A DNA stretch of 61,710 bases, from the NCBI GenBank assembly GCA_031266795.1, contig JAISAI010000082.1, positions 1 through 61,710 of the forward strand, read 5' to 3'. Position numbers and translations under genes: made by a program. Below, piece after piece: positions 27,351-37,549 of the stretch (positions within the stretch are counted from its first letter, which is position 1; every line of letters begins with the position of its first letter). The DNA comes from Eubacteriales Family XIII. Incertae Sedis bacterium. GTDB lineage: Bacteria > Bacillota > Clostridia > Peptostreptococcales > Anaerovoracaceae. The notes under the pieces were generated by a model. It searched no databases, was not told the DNA's origin, and saw only the letters and a program-made list of their open reading frames with translations.

Positions 27351-27776
27351 ATGATGGCGAGAGCTGAGGATAACTCTTTTCTGGGCAGCGGCATGAAATT
27401 CCCGCCGCAAGCGAACAAGGCGACGGGCAGGTTTGCCGTGTCCTCCGGCGCGCAGAGCGTGAAGGAATCGGTCTACCTGATACTCATGACGTCGGTCGGG
27501 GAACGGCGCCTCTTGCCGGAGTTCGGGAGCAGCCTCGCGCGCTACGCCTTTATGGATATGACGCTCACGAACCTGAGCATGCTGCGCAACGATGTCATGG
27601 ATATCATCCTGTCGCAGGAATCGAGGATATCCGATGTCGAGGTCGCGGCCGACGCGGAGAGCAGGGACGACTGCGTCGTCATCAGCATCGCCTACAGGAT
27701 CGCCGAGACAAACGCCGTAGACAATCTCGTGTTCCCGTTTTATCTGAAGTCCACTTCTGAGGAGGCTGACGTATGA
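27351..27776 (+). CDS. baseplate wedge protein, GPW/gp25 family (Afp9/Cis9)
   Basis: FLGSGMKFP...SVKESVYLILMTSVGERRLLPEFGSSLARYAF. Confidence 0.85.
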   Translation: MMARAEDNSFLGSGMKFPPQANKATGRFAVSSGAQSVKESVYLILMTSVGERRLLPEFGSSLARYAFMDMTLTNLSMLRNDVMDIILSQESRISDVEVAADAESRDDCVVISIAYRIAETNAVDNLVFPFYLKSTSEEADV

Positions 27777-30700
27777 GCGGACGGGATGGGTACAAATTGG
27801 AGAGATACCTCATTGACCCGAGGCGCGCGGACGACCTGCTGGCCGAGATCGCGGCGCGGGCCGCTTCCTATACGCCGGAGTGGGTTTTTGACCCGAAAAA
27901 TCCGGACATCGGCTCCGTGCTCACTATCCTGTTCGCCGGGCAGATGTCGGGCAGCATCGACCGCCTGAACCAATTGGTGAACAAGTACCGCATGGAATTC
28001 GTCAACATGCTGAATGTCGGGCTGCTGCCGGCTTCCCCCGCTACGGGCGTCTGCGTGTTCGATCTCGTGCAGAATGTCGTGCCGGGCGTGGATATGCCGA
28101 GCGGGGTCAGGCTTCTTGGCTATGATGAGGAGGCGACGTCCGCCGTCGTGTTTGAGACCCTGTCGCATCTGCATGTGACGAACGCGTCCGTCTCCGATGT
28201 CGCCATGTCCTCATCCCATTTCGGAAAGATCATCCCCCTGCGCGGGACGGCTACGGCGGCGCGGCCCGCGTGGATACCGGCGCCGGCCTCCGGGGAGGAC
28301 AGCGAACAAGCGAACGACGCCATACGCCTGTTTGATTTCAGCGAAGAGGGCGTCGGGCAAAACGCGCTGCTCCTGTATCATGAAAACGCGTTTGACGTAC
28401 CGCCGCGCTCAAACGTGTTCGTCGAGGTTTTCGCGCCCGACGGCAAGCCGCTCGCAGATACCCTCGCTGATTCGTCGGCTTATCGCTGGAGCTATTTTGA
28501 CGGCGCGGGATTCACGCCGTTCACGGAGGCGGTGGATGTGGATGGCGTCCTCTCCCTGCGCAGGGACGGCGCGATGGAGAAGACGCCTATCCGCGGTGAC
28601 GTGGCATGCGACGTCGTGCGCGTCGACGCGGTCGGCCCGGTGAACGGCAGCCTCGATCTGGGGAACATCCTCATCCATTCGAGCGCCGTGGATACGCCTC
28701 CCGACTTCGCGAACAACAACGAAGCCGATCTACCTGTGGGCGAGTTCATGCCTTTCGGGAATACGGCGTCCCTCTTTGACGACTGCTATATCGGCAGCGA
28801 CAGCGTCTTTTCACACGATGGCGCTGAGATAACGCTCCGCTTTTCCCTGAGTTACCGGGACAAGCTCGTGACATTCACGCCGGAGCAAGAGGCGGCGGAC
28901 CTTAAGATCATCAAGCCGAAACCGAGGCAGATCGTCTTTACGACCGCACACACGCGCGCGGACAGGGTATCGGCTGAGTATTTCAACGGCACGGGGTGGT
29001 GCAGGCTGACGGGGGATGAGCAGTGGGCCACGATATTTGACGGCAGCGTGTCGGGGCCGGTGGAGCTGACGTTTACCTGCCCTCAGGGATGGGAGCCGAT
29101 CAGCATCGGCGCGAACACGGGCCGCTGCGTCAGGCTCCGCATTGAGAGCGCCGACAACTGTTACCTCCAGCCCTGCGTGCACCATATGCCGCTCGTTCAC
29201 GGGTTTTCGATTTCCTATGAGTATACGGAGAGCAAGAAGCAGCCCACCTATATGGAAAGGCTCAGCGGCGTTGAAACCGTCGACCTCACGCGCGCGATCG
29301 CCGGCGGCGTCCCCTTCACCGCTTTTGAGGCCTTCCCCTCCGTGGGCAACAATCTGTATATCGGCTTGGATAGCAAGCCCGGCGGCCGGCCGCTCAGCCT
29401 GTACTTCGCGTTGCAGGGCTCCGCGCGGCGCGCGGGCGTGCCCCTGCGTTTCGAATACTCGACGGGCAGGGGATTCACTCACATGCGCGTGGAGGATGGG
29501 ACGGACGGTTTTTCCAAGAGCGGCGTCGTCACATTCAACCCGGGCGACGACTTCACTTTTTTGGAACAGATGGGGCTGTCGCGCTGCTGGATACGAATCG
29601 TGGACGCGGAGGGCTTCTTTGACGAGGCGGGCAGATACCATCCCATAATCACGGACATCATTCCGAACGCCGTGGCGATCCACAATGTCCAGACGCTTGA
29701 TGAGGACGTCTTTTACGTGGACGAGGCCGCGCCGAATATGTCGTTCAGGCTGTCGTCCGACAATATCCTGTCAGCGGACGTCTATGTCAACGAGCGCAAC
29801 CTCCCGAAGCCCGTCATAGAAAAGATGATCGCGGAGGAACCGGAACGCGTGCGCGTGGAGTACGACGAGCGCGGGGAGGTGAGCGGATTTCATGTCCTTT
29901 GGAACGAAGTCGACAATTTTGACGGCTCGGCGCCGGGCGACAGGCATTACGTGATAGACCGTCTTCACAACACTATACGGTTTGGGGACGGTATCGGCGT
30001 ACGCATACCCGCCGCCTCCTCCGAGCCGGCATTCACCGTCCGCGTCAGGCGCTGCGACGGCGCGACGGGCAATCTTCCGGCCGGCTCCCTGACGGATCTG
30101 ATGGATCGGGTGCTCTACGTCGGCGACGTATTCAACCCCCTCGCGACGAGCGGCGGCAGCGACATGGAGAGCGTAGCGCTTGCCATGGAGCGCGTTTCGG
30201 GCGTCGTCAACTCCGGCGGCCGCTTGGTGAGCGAAAGGGACTACGAGCGCGAGACGCTGAACTTTTCCGAAATGATCGGGAGCGCGCGCTGCATCGTAGA
30301 GAGCCCGCTCACGCACGGGGAGTTTTCGCTGAACATCGCGCTGCTCATGCGCGACTACTTGGACGGCTCCTATTCGTTTGAAAACGTGCGCGACGGCCTT
30401 GTGGATAGAATCCGGCGGAAGTGCGAAGCGACGTTGACCGCCGACTGCATCCGGGTGACGGAGCCGACCTTTGTCCGCATAGATGTCGACGTATGGGTTT
30501 TCGAGCCGAACAAGAAGGCTCGATACGACACGGCGGCGTTGATCCGCGAGCGCGTCGCGGAGCGTCTCGATCCCTTGCCCCGCGAGGATGCGCGGGGTAC
30601 GATGTACGGGGGATGGCGTATCGGGGAAATGCCCGCGCCCGAGCAGATCGAGATCATGCTGTACGGCATATCCGGGGACGCGGTGATAAAGCGGTTTACG

Positions 30701-30817
30701 GCCACGGCGAATTACATCGACAAGAACGGTGAAAGGCGTTCGTGCGAGCTCAGCCGCCTGAAGCGCGAGCCGTTCATGGTAGGTGTGAACGGAAAACACA
30801 AGGTGCATTTCCTGTGA
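27773..30817 (+). CDS. large baseplate wedge protein, Baseplate_J/gp6-like (Afp11/Cis11)
   Basis: 1014 aa. SGGSDMESVALAMERVSGVVNSGGRLVSERDYERETLNFSEMIGSARCI is the Baseplate_J signature. ATGA overlap with the gp25 gene. Confidence 0.8.
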   Translation: MSGRDGYKLERYLIDPRRADDLLAEIAARAASYTPEWVFDPKNPDIGSVLTILFAGQMSGSIDRLNQLVNKYRMEFVNMLNVGLLPASPATGVCVFDLVQNVVPGVDMPSGVRLLGYDEEATSAVVFETLSHLHVTNASVSDVAMSSSHFGKIIPLRGTATAARPAWIPAPASGEDSEQANDAIRLFDFSEEGVGQNALLLYHENAFDVPPRSNVFVEVFAPDGKPLADTLADSSAYRWSYFDGAGFTPFTEAVDVDGVLSLRRDGAMEKTPIRGDVACDVVRVDAVGPVNGSLDLGNILIHSSAVDTPPDFANNNEADLPVGEFMPFGNTASLFDDCYIGSDSVFSHDGAEITLRFSLSYRDKLVTFTPEQEAADLKIIKPKPRQIVFTTAHTRADRVSAEYFNGTGWCRLTGDEQWATIFDGSVSGPVELTFTCPQGWEPISIGANTGRCVRLRIESADNCYLQPCVHHMPLVHGFSISYEYTESKKQPTYMERLSGVETVDLTRAIAGGVPFTAFEAFPSVGNNLYIGLDSKPGGRPLSLYFALQGSARRAGVPLRFEYSTGRGFTHMRVEDGTDGFSKSGVVTFNPGDDFTFLEQMGLSRCWIRIVDAEGFFDEAGRYHPIITDIIPNAVAIHNVQTLDEDVFYVDEAAPNMSFRLSSDNILSADVYVNERNLPKPVIEKMIAEEPERVRVEYDERGEVSGFHVLWNEVDNFDGSAPGDRHYVIDRLHNTIRFGDGIGVRIPAASSEPAFTVRVRRCDGATGNLPAGSLTDLMDRVLYVGDVFNPLATSGGSDMESVALAMERVSGVVNSGGRLVSERDYERETLNFSEMIGSARCIVESPLTHGEFSLNIALLMRDYLDGSYSFENVRDGLVDRIRRKCEATLTADCIRVTEPTFVRIDVDVWVFEPNKKARYDTAALIRERVAERLDPLPREDARGTMYGGWRIGEMPAPEQIEIMLYGISGDAVIKRFTATANYIDKNGERRSCELSRLKREPFMVGVNGKHKVHFL

Positions 30818-30851
30818 AAATTATTATCTTATATAATAGTAACGGAAGGGG

Positions 30852-32945
30852 TTGGCATTGCTTGATACTATAAATCTTTCAGACAAGACCTATGAGGAGA
30901 TTCTCGGCGAATCCATCGAGAAGATCCCTATGCTTACGGACGAGTGGACGAATTTCAACTATTCGGATCCCGGCATTACTATGCTGCAAAACCTCTCGGC
31001 CTTCACCGTCTTGCAGCGCGATACCATCAACACGGTGACGGACGCCGTGCGTCTGAAACTTCTCGCGATGCTCGGGTTTGAGTCGAATGAATACAGGGCG
31101 GCCGGGGTCTACCTGAGCGCGAACGGCGGCCTGTCGCTCATGGAGGGCGAGAAGCTCATGGCGGAGGACATCTGCTTCGAACCGGCGGGGCCGGTCGAAC
31201 TCAGCGATTGGGGGGTGAACGGGCTCTACTGCGAATATGGCGGCGAGGTTCGGGATATTACCTACGTCCAAGCGGGGGCTTCCGGGACGAGCGCGGCGGT
31301 GTTCGGGACGCCCGCGCGGTCAGGCGCTGCATTCTATGTGCTATTAGGCGACGTGCCCGATGAGAGGGAAAGCCTCACGCTCGCGGTGCGCATCATGAAC
31401 GACGAGGCGCGAAATCCGCTCGGCGACTCAAACCTGTCGCTCGCTACGCTGCGCTGGCAGTTTTTCACGCGGAGGGGATGGGAGGACGCCTATGCCGACG
31501 ACGGCACGCGCGGATTTCTCAAGAGCGGCTTCGTGCACCTCTCCGTCAAGGGCGCCGACAAAGCGCGGTATACCGTGAACGGCAACGACGGCTACGCCCT
31601 GCGCTGCATCCTGACGGACGAGGCTTACGACCTGCCGCCGAGGCTGCACTCCGTTACGGCAAACCTGTTCAAGGCCGTCCAAAAGGACAGCAAGGTGTCG
31701 ACGATGCCCTATCCCGGGAGACGTACGGTGGTTCTGAAAAACCGCCTGTGGATCAACGGCTACTATACGGTGTACTGCGATGAGGAGAACGACGGGGTAT
31801 ACCGCCGCTACGAGCCGTCCACGGGGAAGGACAAGCAGGGCCGTTACTATACGACGAAGCTAATCCCCGATGGCGTACAGATACGCTTTAGCCCCAAGCG
31901 TTTCGGCTACAGCCCTTGTACGAAGAAAAACGCCGTGCGCGTCGTGTGCTGCGACGCTATGAGCGCGGAGCACTTGACGCTTGGCAGGCTCATGGGGTAT
32001 GAGGGGCAGACGTTCGAGACGAAAGGCTTTTCGCAAATCCTGCCGGAGGGCTTTTGCCTGCTTGCCGAGCGGCAGCCGGTGAACGGCGCGTCCGAATTCT
32101 CATTCGTGTATCCGGACAGCACGGACAGCGGCATGTTCCGCTATGAGGCGCCTTCGAGCACGGGGCATATCCGGGTCAAGGACCCCGGCGGTATGGAGGG
32201 CTGCGTCATACATCTCGCCGGCTGCGCCGTGACGGAGGGCGCGCGCGGAAACATCCGGGCCGGGAACGTGTTCACGCCCACGCTCATGCCAAGGGAGGAA
32301 AAGCAAGCCGCGCCGCAGATCGTCAACGCGCTGGCCGCTTCAGGCGGGAGTACGCGCGAGGACGCCGAGCGGCTTCGGCTGCGCTTTCTCGCGGATCTGC
32401 GTACGCCCTCCGTGGCCGTCACCTTGGACGATTACGAGTACATCGTGCGGACTACGCCGGGCTTGTGCATCCACAAGGTGAGGGCCGTGGCGGATTCCGA
32501 AAAAAATCTCGTGCGCATCGCCGTGAAGCCTTACGGGGAGGACAAGCTGCCGACCTTGTCGCCGCTCTACGCAGAATACATCGGCAGGCATATAGACAAG
32601 CGGCGCATGATCGGTACAAGCATCGAGCTGGCGCCGCCCGTCTATATTCCCATCAACATCCACGCGGTGGTCTACTCCGCCGGCTACTATGAAGACGTCC
32701 GGGGAACGATCGAGGCCTTCCTTCGCGGGAAGCTCGACGGCGTGAACGGGGATATGCGTTTTGGGGCCACCATCTCGTACAACAGCCTGCACAGGAGAAT
32801 AGAGGCGCTCGACGCCGTGAAGTCGCTGTACGACTTCGACATAGCGCCGGCCGATTGGAGACACGCCCATCTCGAAGGCCCGGACATCATACTCGGGGAC
32901 GACGAGCTGTGCTGCCCGGGGCATTTTGAAATTGAAATAAGATAG
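30852..32945 (+). CDS. second baseplate wedge protein with a Baseplate_J-like module (Afp12/Cis12 position)
   Basis: TTG start after GGAAGGGG. N-terminus: YEEILGESIEKIPMLTDEWTNFNYSDPGITMLQNLS. Further in: ASGGSTREDAERLRLRFLADLRTPSVAVTLDDYEYIVRTTPGL. Confidence 0.75.
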   Translation: MALLDTINLSDKTYEEILGESIEKIPMLTDEWTNFNYSDPGITMLQNLSAFTVLQRDTINTVTDAVRLKLLAMLGFESNEYRAAGVYLSANGGLSLMEGEKLMAEDICFEPAGPVELSDWGVNGLYCEYGGEVRDITYVQAGASGTSAAVFGTPARSGAAFYVLLGDVPDERESLTLAVRIMNDEARNPLGDSNLSLATLRWQFFTRRGWEDAYADDGTRGFLKSGFVHLSVKGADKARYTVNGNDGYALRCILTDEAYDLPPRLHSVTANLFKAVQKDSKVSTMPYPGRRTVVLKNRLWINGYYTVYCDEENDGVYRRYEPSTGKDKQGRYYTTKLIPDGVQIRFSPKRFGYSPCTKKNAVRVVCCDAMSAEHLTLGRLMGYEGQTFETKGFSQILPEGFCLLAERQPVNGASEFSFVYPDSTDSGMFRYEAPSSTGHIRVKDPGGMEGCVIHLAGCAVTEGARGNIRAGNVFTPTLMPREEKQAAPQIVNALAASGGSTREDAERLRLRFLADLRTPSVAVTLDDYEYIVRTTPGLCIHKVRAVADSEKNLVRIAVKPYGEDKLPTLSPLYAEYIGRHIDKRRMIGTSIELAPPVYIPINIHAVVYSAGYYEDVRGTIEAFLRGKLDGVNGDMRFGATISYNSLHRRIEALDAVKSLYDFDIAPADWRHAHLEGPDIILGDDELCCPGHFEIEIR

Positions 32946-32978
32946 ACGCTACCCGCGAGTGATGGAAAGGAACGGTAT

Positions 32979-34088
32979 ATGGCTTCGGCAATCAAGAAAT
33001 ATCTCATAGGCGCCGCCCGTATGGAGCGGGCCTGTAAGGATGGCTTCGAGCTGACGCGGGACGAAGCGCTCGTCTCGGCGGGCCGGGACAGGAAAGCCGA
33101 AATATTCTTCGGCAAGATCGACGGCGTCCTCGAGGGCTGCCCGTGGGGCCGCTTTGCCTTTGACGTGGACGCCGAGGAAGATACGGTGTTCACCGTGCGC
33201 GTGATGGCTTCGGACGACCCGCAGCTCATACGGAACGGCGAGGCCGTGGACAGGGACGACGTCATGCTCGATCCGTCCGTGAGCGCGCGTGAGAAGCTGG
33301 CCGAGTTCAAGGCGTCGTCGTGGCGCGCGGAGGACGCGTCCGTTTACCGCGATATACTGCTGTACGGCCACTATGGCCGCTACCTGTGGATATACCTGAG
33401 CGCGCAGGGCGGCAAGGCGACGTTCTCCCACTTCAGGGCCTACGCGCCCGGCGACAATTTTCTTGGGACATTCCCCGAGGTATACCGCGAAGAGGGCTCG
33501 TTCTTTCACCGCTACCTGTCGATTTTCTCTTCTCTGTATAACGATCTGCAGGAGAAGATCGACTCCGTGGACGCCCTGCTCGATCCCGATACGGCGCCGG
33601 CGCCCTTGCTTCCGGTCTACGCCTCATGGTTCGGCATATCGTTAGACGGGGATTTGGTCGATGAGGCCCGATTGCGCGCGCTTCTGAAAAAGGTCCCGTC
33701 GCTCATCCGGAAAAAGGGTACGCGCGAGTCCATAGAGGAGCTCGTGGGCGTCTTCGTCGACGCGCCATTCTATATCGTGGAGCGCCAGACCGCGCTCAAG
33801 CACGCAAACGCGGAGAACCGCCGCATATTGGAACGACTGTACGGAGACGACCCGTTCAGCTTTACCTTGCTCATCGATCAGCTCCCGGATGAAAAGCTCC
33901 AACTGCGCCTCACGCGTCTCATAGAGCAGTTCAAGCCCATACGGATGAACATGCGCATCCTGTTCATGAGGGATAGCTCGACGCTTGACGGCGGCGCCAA
34001 TTTGGATTTGAACGCCGTCCTCGCTGATCCGTCGGAAGGCATGTTGGACAATGGCGCGGCGCTGAACGGTACGGAGTATTTGACATGA
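32979..34088 (+). CDS. phage tail protein I (P2 gpI-like) baseplate periphery protein
   Basis: FHRYLSIFSSLYNDLQEKIDSVDALLDPDTAPAPLLPVYASWFGISLDG...LLKKVPSLIRKKGTRESIEELVGVF. Confidence 0.75.
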   Translation: MASAIKKYLIGAARMERACKDGFELTRDEALVSAGRDRKAEIFFGKIDGVLEGCPWGRFAFDVDAEEDTVFTVRVMASDDPQLIRNGEAVDRDDVMLDPSVSAREKLAEFKASSWRAEDASVYRDILLYGHYGRYLWIYLSAQGGKATFSHFRAYAPGDNFLGTFPEVYREEGSFFHRYLSIFSSLYNDLQEKIDSVDALLDPDTAPAPLLPVYASWFGISLDGDLVDEARLRALLKKVPSLIRKKGTRESIEELVGVFVDAPFYIVERQTALKHANAENRRILERLYGDDPFSFTLLIDQLPDEKLQLRLTRLIEQFKPIRMNMRILFMRDSSTLDGGANLDLNAVLADPSEGMLDNGAALNGTEYLT

Positions 34089-34176
34089 GCGCGCCGGAAA
34101 GATCAGGTATTGTTTGCGGAGCGGGGCGACGCGGGGTGGCGCGGGGCGGCGCGAATGAAGAATCGAGGGAATGGAC

Positions 34177-34467
34177 ATGGCTGACGCCAATACCGGATTG
34201 AAGAACGGCAGGGGCCCCTCCGGCGCGGATCGCGACGACGACTTCGAGATCGAGATACGTATCGAGAAACCGGTCATCGATCCGATAGACCGGGCCGGCA
34301 ACATGTTCGACCGGGAGGCGCGGCGATATTCCGGCGGCATCAATACGGCGCAGTCCGTATTTTCCGGCCAAACGCTGTTCAACGCCACGCCTGAGAACGC
34401 AGGCTTGGATACGCGAAAAAAACAAGCAACGCCAAAGGAGCCTTATGGGACACATTCTGATAGTTGA
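34177..34467 (+). CDS. possible small disordered acidic/basic protein in the only sizeable gap of the CIS operon
   Basis: GAGGGA lies 6 nt upstream of ATG 34177. The predicted 96-aa product is low in complexity, and the ORF overlaps the response-regulator start by 23 nt. It could be non-coding. Confidence 0.3.
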   Translation: MADANTGLKNGRGPSGADRDDDFEIEIRIEKPVIDPIDRAGNMFDREARRYSGGINTAQSVFSGQTLFNATPENAGLDTRKKQATPKEPYGTHSDS

Positions 34468-35182
34468 AGACGACAAGGATCTGTCGGACATCACGACTAT
34501 CCATCTGACGGGCGCGGGCCATACGGTGCGCCAGGCCTTTCTGTGCGGGGAGGCTCTGGCTTTTATCGATACGGACTACTTCGATTGCGTGCTGCTCGAC
34601 ATCATGATACCGGACGGGACGGGTCAGGAGGTCTGCGACTATCTGCGCGACAGAAGCGCCTGCCCCATCATATTCGTGAGCTGCCTCGAGGACAGCGCAA
34701 CCATCGTTTCGTCGCTGGGCCGGGGTGGCGACGACTACGTGACGAAGCCCGTAAACTATGAGGAACTGATCGCCCGCGTCGAAGCCAACATACGCAGGTA
34801 CCGCGAGTCGCCCGGCAGCCACAGACGCGCCGAAAAGATTCGCCGCTTCGAGAGCTTTACGATAGACACGCTGCACAGGCGCGTGGTTTCCGGGGAACAC
34901 GAGCTCGATCTGACGCAGATCGAGTATGCGCTGTTGGAATATCTGTCAGCGCACGCGGACGACCTGATCCTGTACGACGATCTGTATAAAAACGTGTGGC
35001 AAAGCGACAGCCTCGGCAACTACAGCGCGCTGTTTGTACACGTTTCAAATTTGAAGAAGAAAATCGATCCCGACCACCTCGGTGTGATCGAAAACGTCCG
35101 GGGCGTCGGCTACCTGTTCACGGACGTGCGGAAAGAAGATACGGGGAAGATGCGGATATATGAGAGGAGAGGCAGGGTATGA
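34445..35182 (+). CDS. OmpR/PhoB-family response regulator (receiver plus winged-helix)
   Basis: ILIVEDDKD, DCVLLDIMIPDGTG (phospho-Asp), DDYVTKP. DNA-binding end: LTQIEYALLEYL...VHVSNLKKKID...IENVRGVGYLF. AAAGGAG RBS. Confidence 0.9.
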   Translation: MGHILIVEDDKDLSDITTIHLTGAGHTVRQAFLCGEALAFIDTDYFDCVLLDIMIPDGTGQEVCDYLRDRSACPIIFVSCLEDSATIVSSLGRGGDDYVTKPVNYEELIARVEANIRRYRESPGSHRRAEKIRRFESFTIDTLHRRVVSGEHELDLTQIEYALLEYLSAHADDLILYDDLYKNVWQSDSLGNYSALFVHVSNLKKKIDPDHLGVIENVRGVGYLFTDVRKEDTGKMRIYERRGRV

Positions 35183-37545
35183 GTTTTTTTTCGGAAGATT
35201 TCAAAGGGAAACCGTTTCCCGGCTATGAGGCGTATACGTCCGCGCTGTTCGCCTGTGTGGACAGGCAGCTGCATATGTATCTGAACGAGATGGGGGAGCT
35301 CTTTGCGTCGGAGCAGGGCGGGTTTAAGAATGTGCTCTATCCCGATATAGAGATCGCCCACGACCTGACGGAAAAGCACCTCATGGATTTTTCCGAAGAC
35401 GGCGCTCCGGGCGTTCCGGACAGCGAGGGCGCGAGTGGGGGAAATAATGAGGGCGGGCGCGCGGGTGCAGACGCGGAAGCGCATTCCGGCGCAGCGGAAG
35501 CTGAGGGCATAGACGACGAACTGGCGTCGCTGTTCGACGACTTTTCGAGCCAAGACGCGCCCGTGCAGCCGTCCGCTCCGTCCTTCGCCGTCGACACGTC
35601 CGAGCATATCGACACGCTCATGGACATGCTGCGCGAGCGGGCGGAAAAGACGGATCCGGGCAAGGTGGATATGCCGTTTTACCGGCTGTGCGGCGACAGG
35701 GGCTTTTCAAACTTCACGACATTCTGTTTCGCCTGCGCCGTCCTTTCGTCCACGCAGACGAACTACGCGTCCATATTTCAGGTCGTGAACCAGAACGGCA
35801 ACCTTTCGGCGCCGACGTTCGAGTCCGTGGCGCGCGTGTACTACGGGAAGGGGTTTTCCATCACGAGCGCCTCGTCCGCCATGTCGGAAGCGCTTGAACA
35901 GCTCCAGCATCTTTTCAGCCTGAACATCAACAGCGCCATGCCGTTCTCAACGCCGATTTCTCCGGACAAGCGCCTGATCGACTTTTTGTTCGGCCCGAAC
36001 CCGCGCCGCGTCGATGAAAACTATCGCCGTTTCCTTCGGCTCATCACGGACGATTCCGAGTTGGATCCGCTTATCGCGAACAAAGGCCAGCTCGATGCGA
36101 TCGGCATCTCTTCGGCGGACGGGACGCGCCTGTTCAATCTGTACGGCGACGAGGGCAGCGGGCGCAAATTCACGATACGGCATTTTTGCGCGGAACGCGA
36201 TATGGAATGCGTCAGTATCGACGGCGGCAAGTTGTTTGTCTACGACTTTTCGTTCGTTGAAAAAGCGCTTTGGGCAGTCAGCCGCGAGTGCATATTATTG
36301 AACGCCTGTTGCTGCTTAGACAATCTCTCGTACCGGGAGGAGGAGAAGGAGAAATTCTTCGGGTACATGGATCTCGCGTTCGGTAAGCTCATGGACAATG
36401 AGCACACGGTGTTTGCGTTGAGCCGCGAGAAGATGCCGTTCAAGGAAATGACGTCGGCCGAATACGCCCAGATCGAGCTGCCTACGCCGAACAACAGCGA
36501 GCGCGAGCAGCTGTGGCAGCACTACGCTCAGGGCTTCTCGTTTGACGACGACGTGGATCTGATCGAAATGGCCGCGAAGTTCCTGTTTACGGCGGGCAAG
36601 ATCAAGGGCGCGCTCCATATGAGCAAGGGCCTCGCGGCGATGGCGAAGACGGAGAAGATCGGGCGCGGCAGCCTGTTTGAGGCGTGCTACAATCAGATGA
36701 GCCACGAGCTGACGCAAAAGGCGACAAAGATCAAAGCGACGTACACGTGGGACGATATTGTCATGTCGCCCGACCAGCGTCAGGCGCTCGAATACGCCTG
36801 CGACCAGATGCGCTTCCGCAAACAGGTCTATGAGCAGTGGGACTACAATCGCAAATACCCGTATGGCCGCGGCTTGTCCGTCCTGCTGTTTGGCGCTCCC
36901 GGCACCGGGAAATCCATGTGCGCGCAGGTGCTCGCCAACGCGCTCAATCTCGAGCTCTACCGCGTTGACCTGTCGAAGGTGGTGGACAAATACGTTGGCG
37001 AGACGGAAAAGAGCATCTCCATGATCTTCCGCGAGGCGAAGAAGTGCAACGTCGTACTGTTTTTCGACGAGTGCGATACGCTCTTCGCCAAGCGCGCTGA
37101 CGACGGCGGAAGCAATCAATCGAGTAATAATAACAAGACAGCATTGTTATTACAGGAAGTAGAGGCCTATGACGGGGTGTCCGTGCTCGCCACAAACTAC
37201 AAACACAACATCGACCCCGCGTTTTTCAGGCGCATGAAGTTCATCGTGGAGTTCCAATTCCCCGATCCGGAGACCCGCTACATCCTCTGGAATACGACGA
37301 TCCCAAAAGGGACGCCTTTGGCGGAGGACGTCGACATCCGCTTCCTCGCGGACAAATTTGAGTTCGTAGGCGGCAACATCAAGAACTGCATTTTGAACGC
37401 GGCCTTCCTCGCGGCCGGCGACCCGGAGGCGAACGGAGAGGTGCATATGAGGCATTACCTCCTCGCGATCCGCTATGAATTTGTGAAAACGGGCAAGGTC
37501 TTTACGCGATCCGATTTCGAACCTTACGCTGATCAGGTGCTGTAA
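35179..37545 (+). CDS. CIS AAA+ ATPase (Afp15/Cis15-like)
   Basis: Walker A: LLFGAPGTGKSMCAQ. Walker B: VVLFFDECDTLF. A ~500-aa N-terminal region precedes the single AAA module. ATGA overlap with the response-regulator stop. Confidence 0.88.
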   Translation: MSFFSEDFKGKPFPGYEAYTSALFACVDRQLHMYLNEMGELFASEQGGFKNVLYPDIEIAHDLTEKHLMDFSEDGAPGVPDSEGASGGNNEGGRAGADAEAHSGAAEAEGIDDELASLFDDFSSQDAPVQPSAPSFAVDTSEHIDTLMDMLRERAEKTDPGKVDMPFYRLCGDRGFSNFTTFCFACAVLSSTQTNYASIFQVVNQNGNLSAPTFESVARVYYGKGFSITSASSAMSEALEQLQHLFSLNINSAMPFSTPISPDKRLIDFLFGPNPRRVDENYRRFLRLITDDSELDPLIANKGQLDAIGISSADGTRLFNLYGDEGSGRKFTIRHFCAERDMECVSIDGGKLFVYDFSFVEKALWAVSRECILLNACCCLDNLSYREEEKEKFFGYMDLAFGKLMDNEHTVFALSREKMPFKEMTSAEYAQIELPTPNNSEREQLWQHYAQGFSFDDDVDLIEMAAKFLFTAGKIKGALHMSKGLAAMAKTEKIGRGSLFEACYNQMSHELTQKATKIKATYTWDDIVMSPDQRQALEYACDQMRFRKQVYEQWDYNRKYPYGRGLSVLLFGAPGTGKSMCAQVLANALNLELYRVDLSKVVDKYVGETEKSISMIFREAKKCNVVLFFDECDTLFAKRADDGGSNQSSNNNKTALLLQEVEAYDGVSVLATNYKHNIDPAFFRRMKFIVEFQFPDPETRYILWNTTIPKGTPLAEDVDIRFLADKFEFVGGNIKNCILNAAFLAAGDPEANGEVHMRHYLLAIRYEFVKTGKVFTRSDFEPYADQVL

Positions 37546-37549
37546 CGAT

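Noticed and set aside
35184-35191. T8 homopolymer in codons 2-5 of the CIS ATPase gene as a possible phase-variation tract
   Set aside because: It is short and A/T-type, and it encodes an ordinary Ser-Phe-Phe start. There is no frame break or second reading frame to switch into. I have no evidence beyond its existence.
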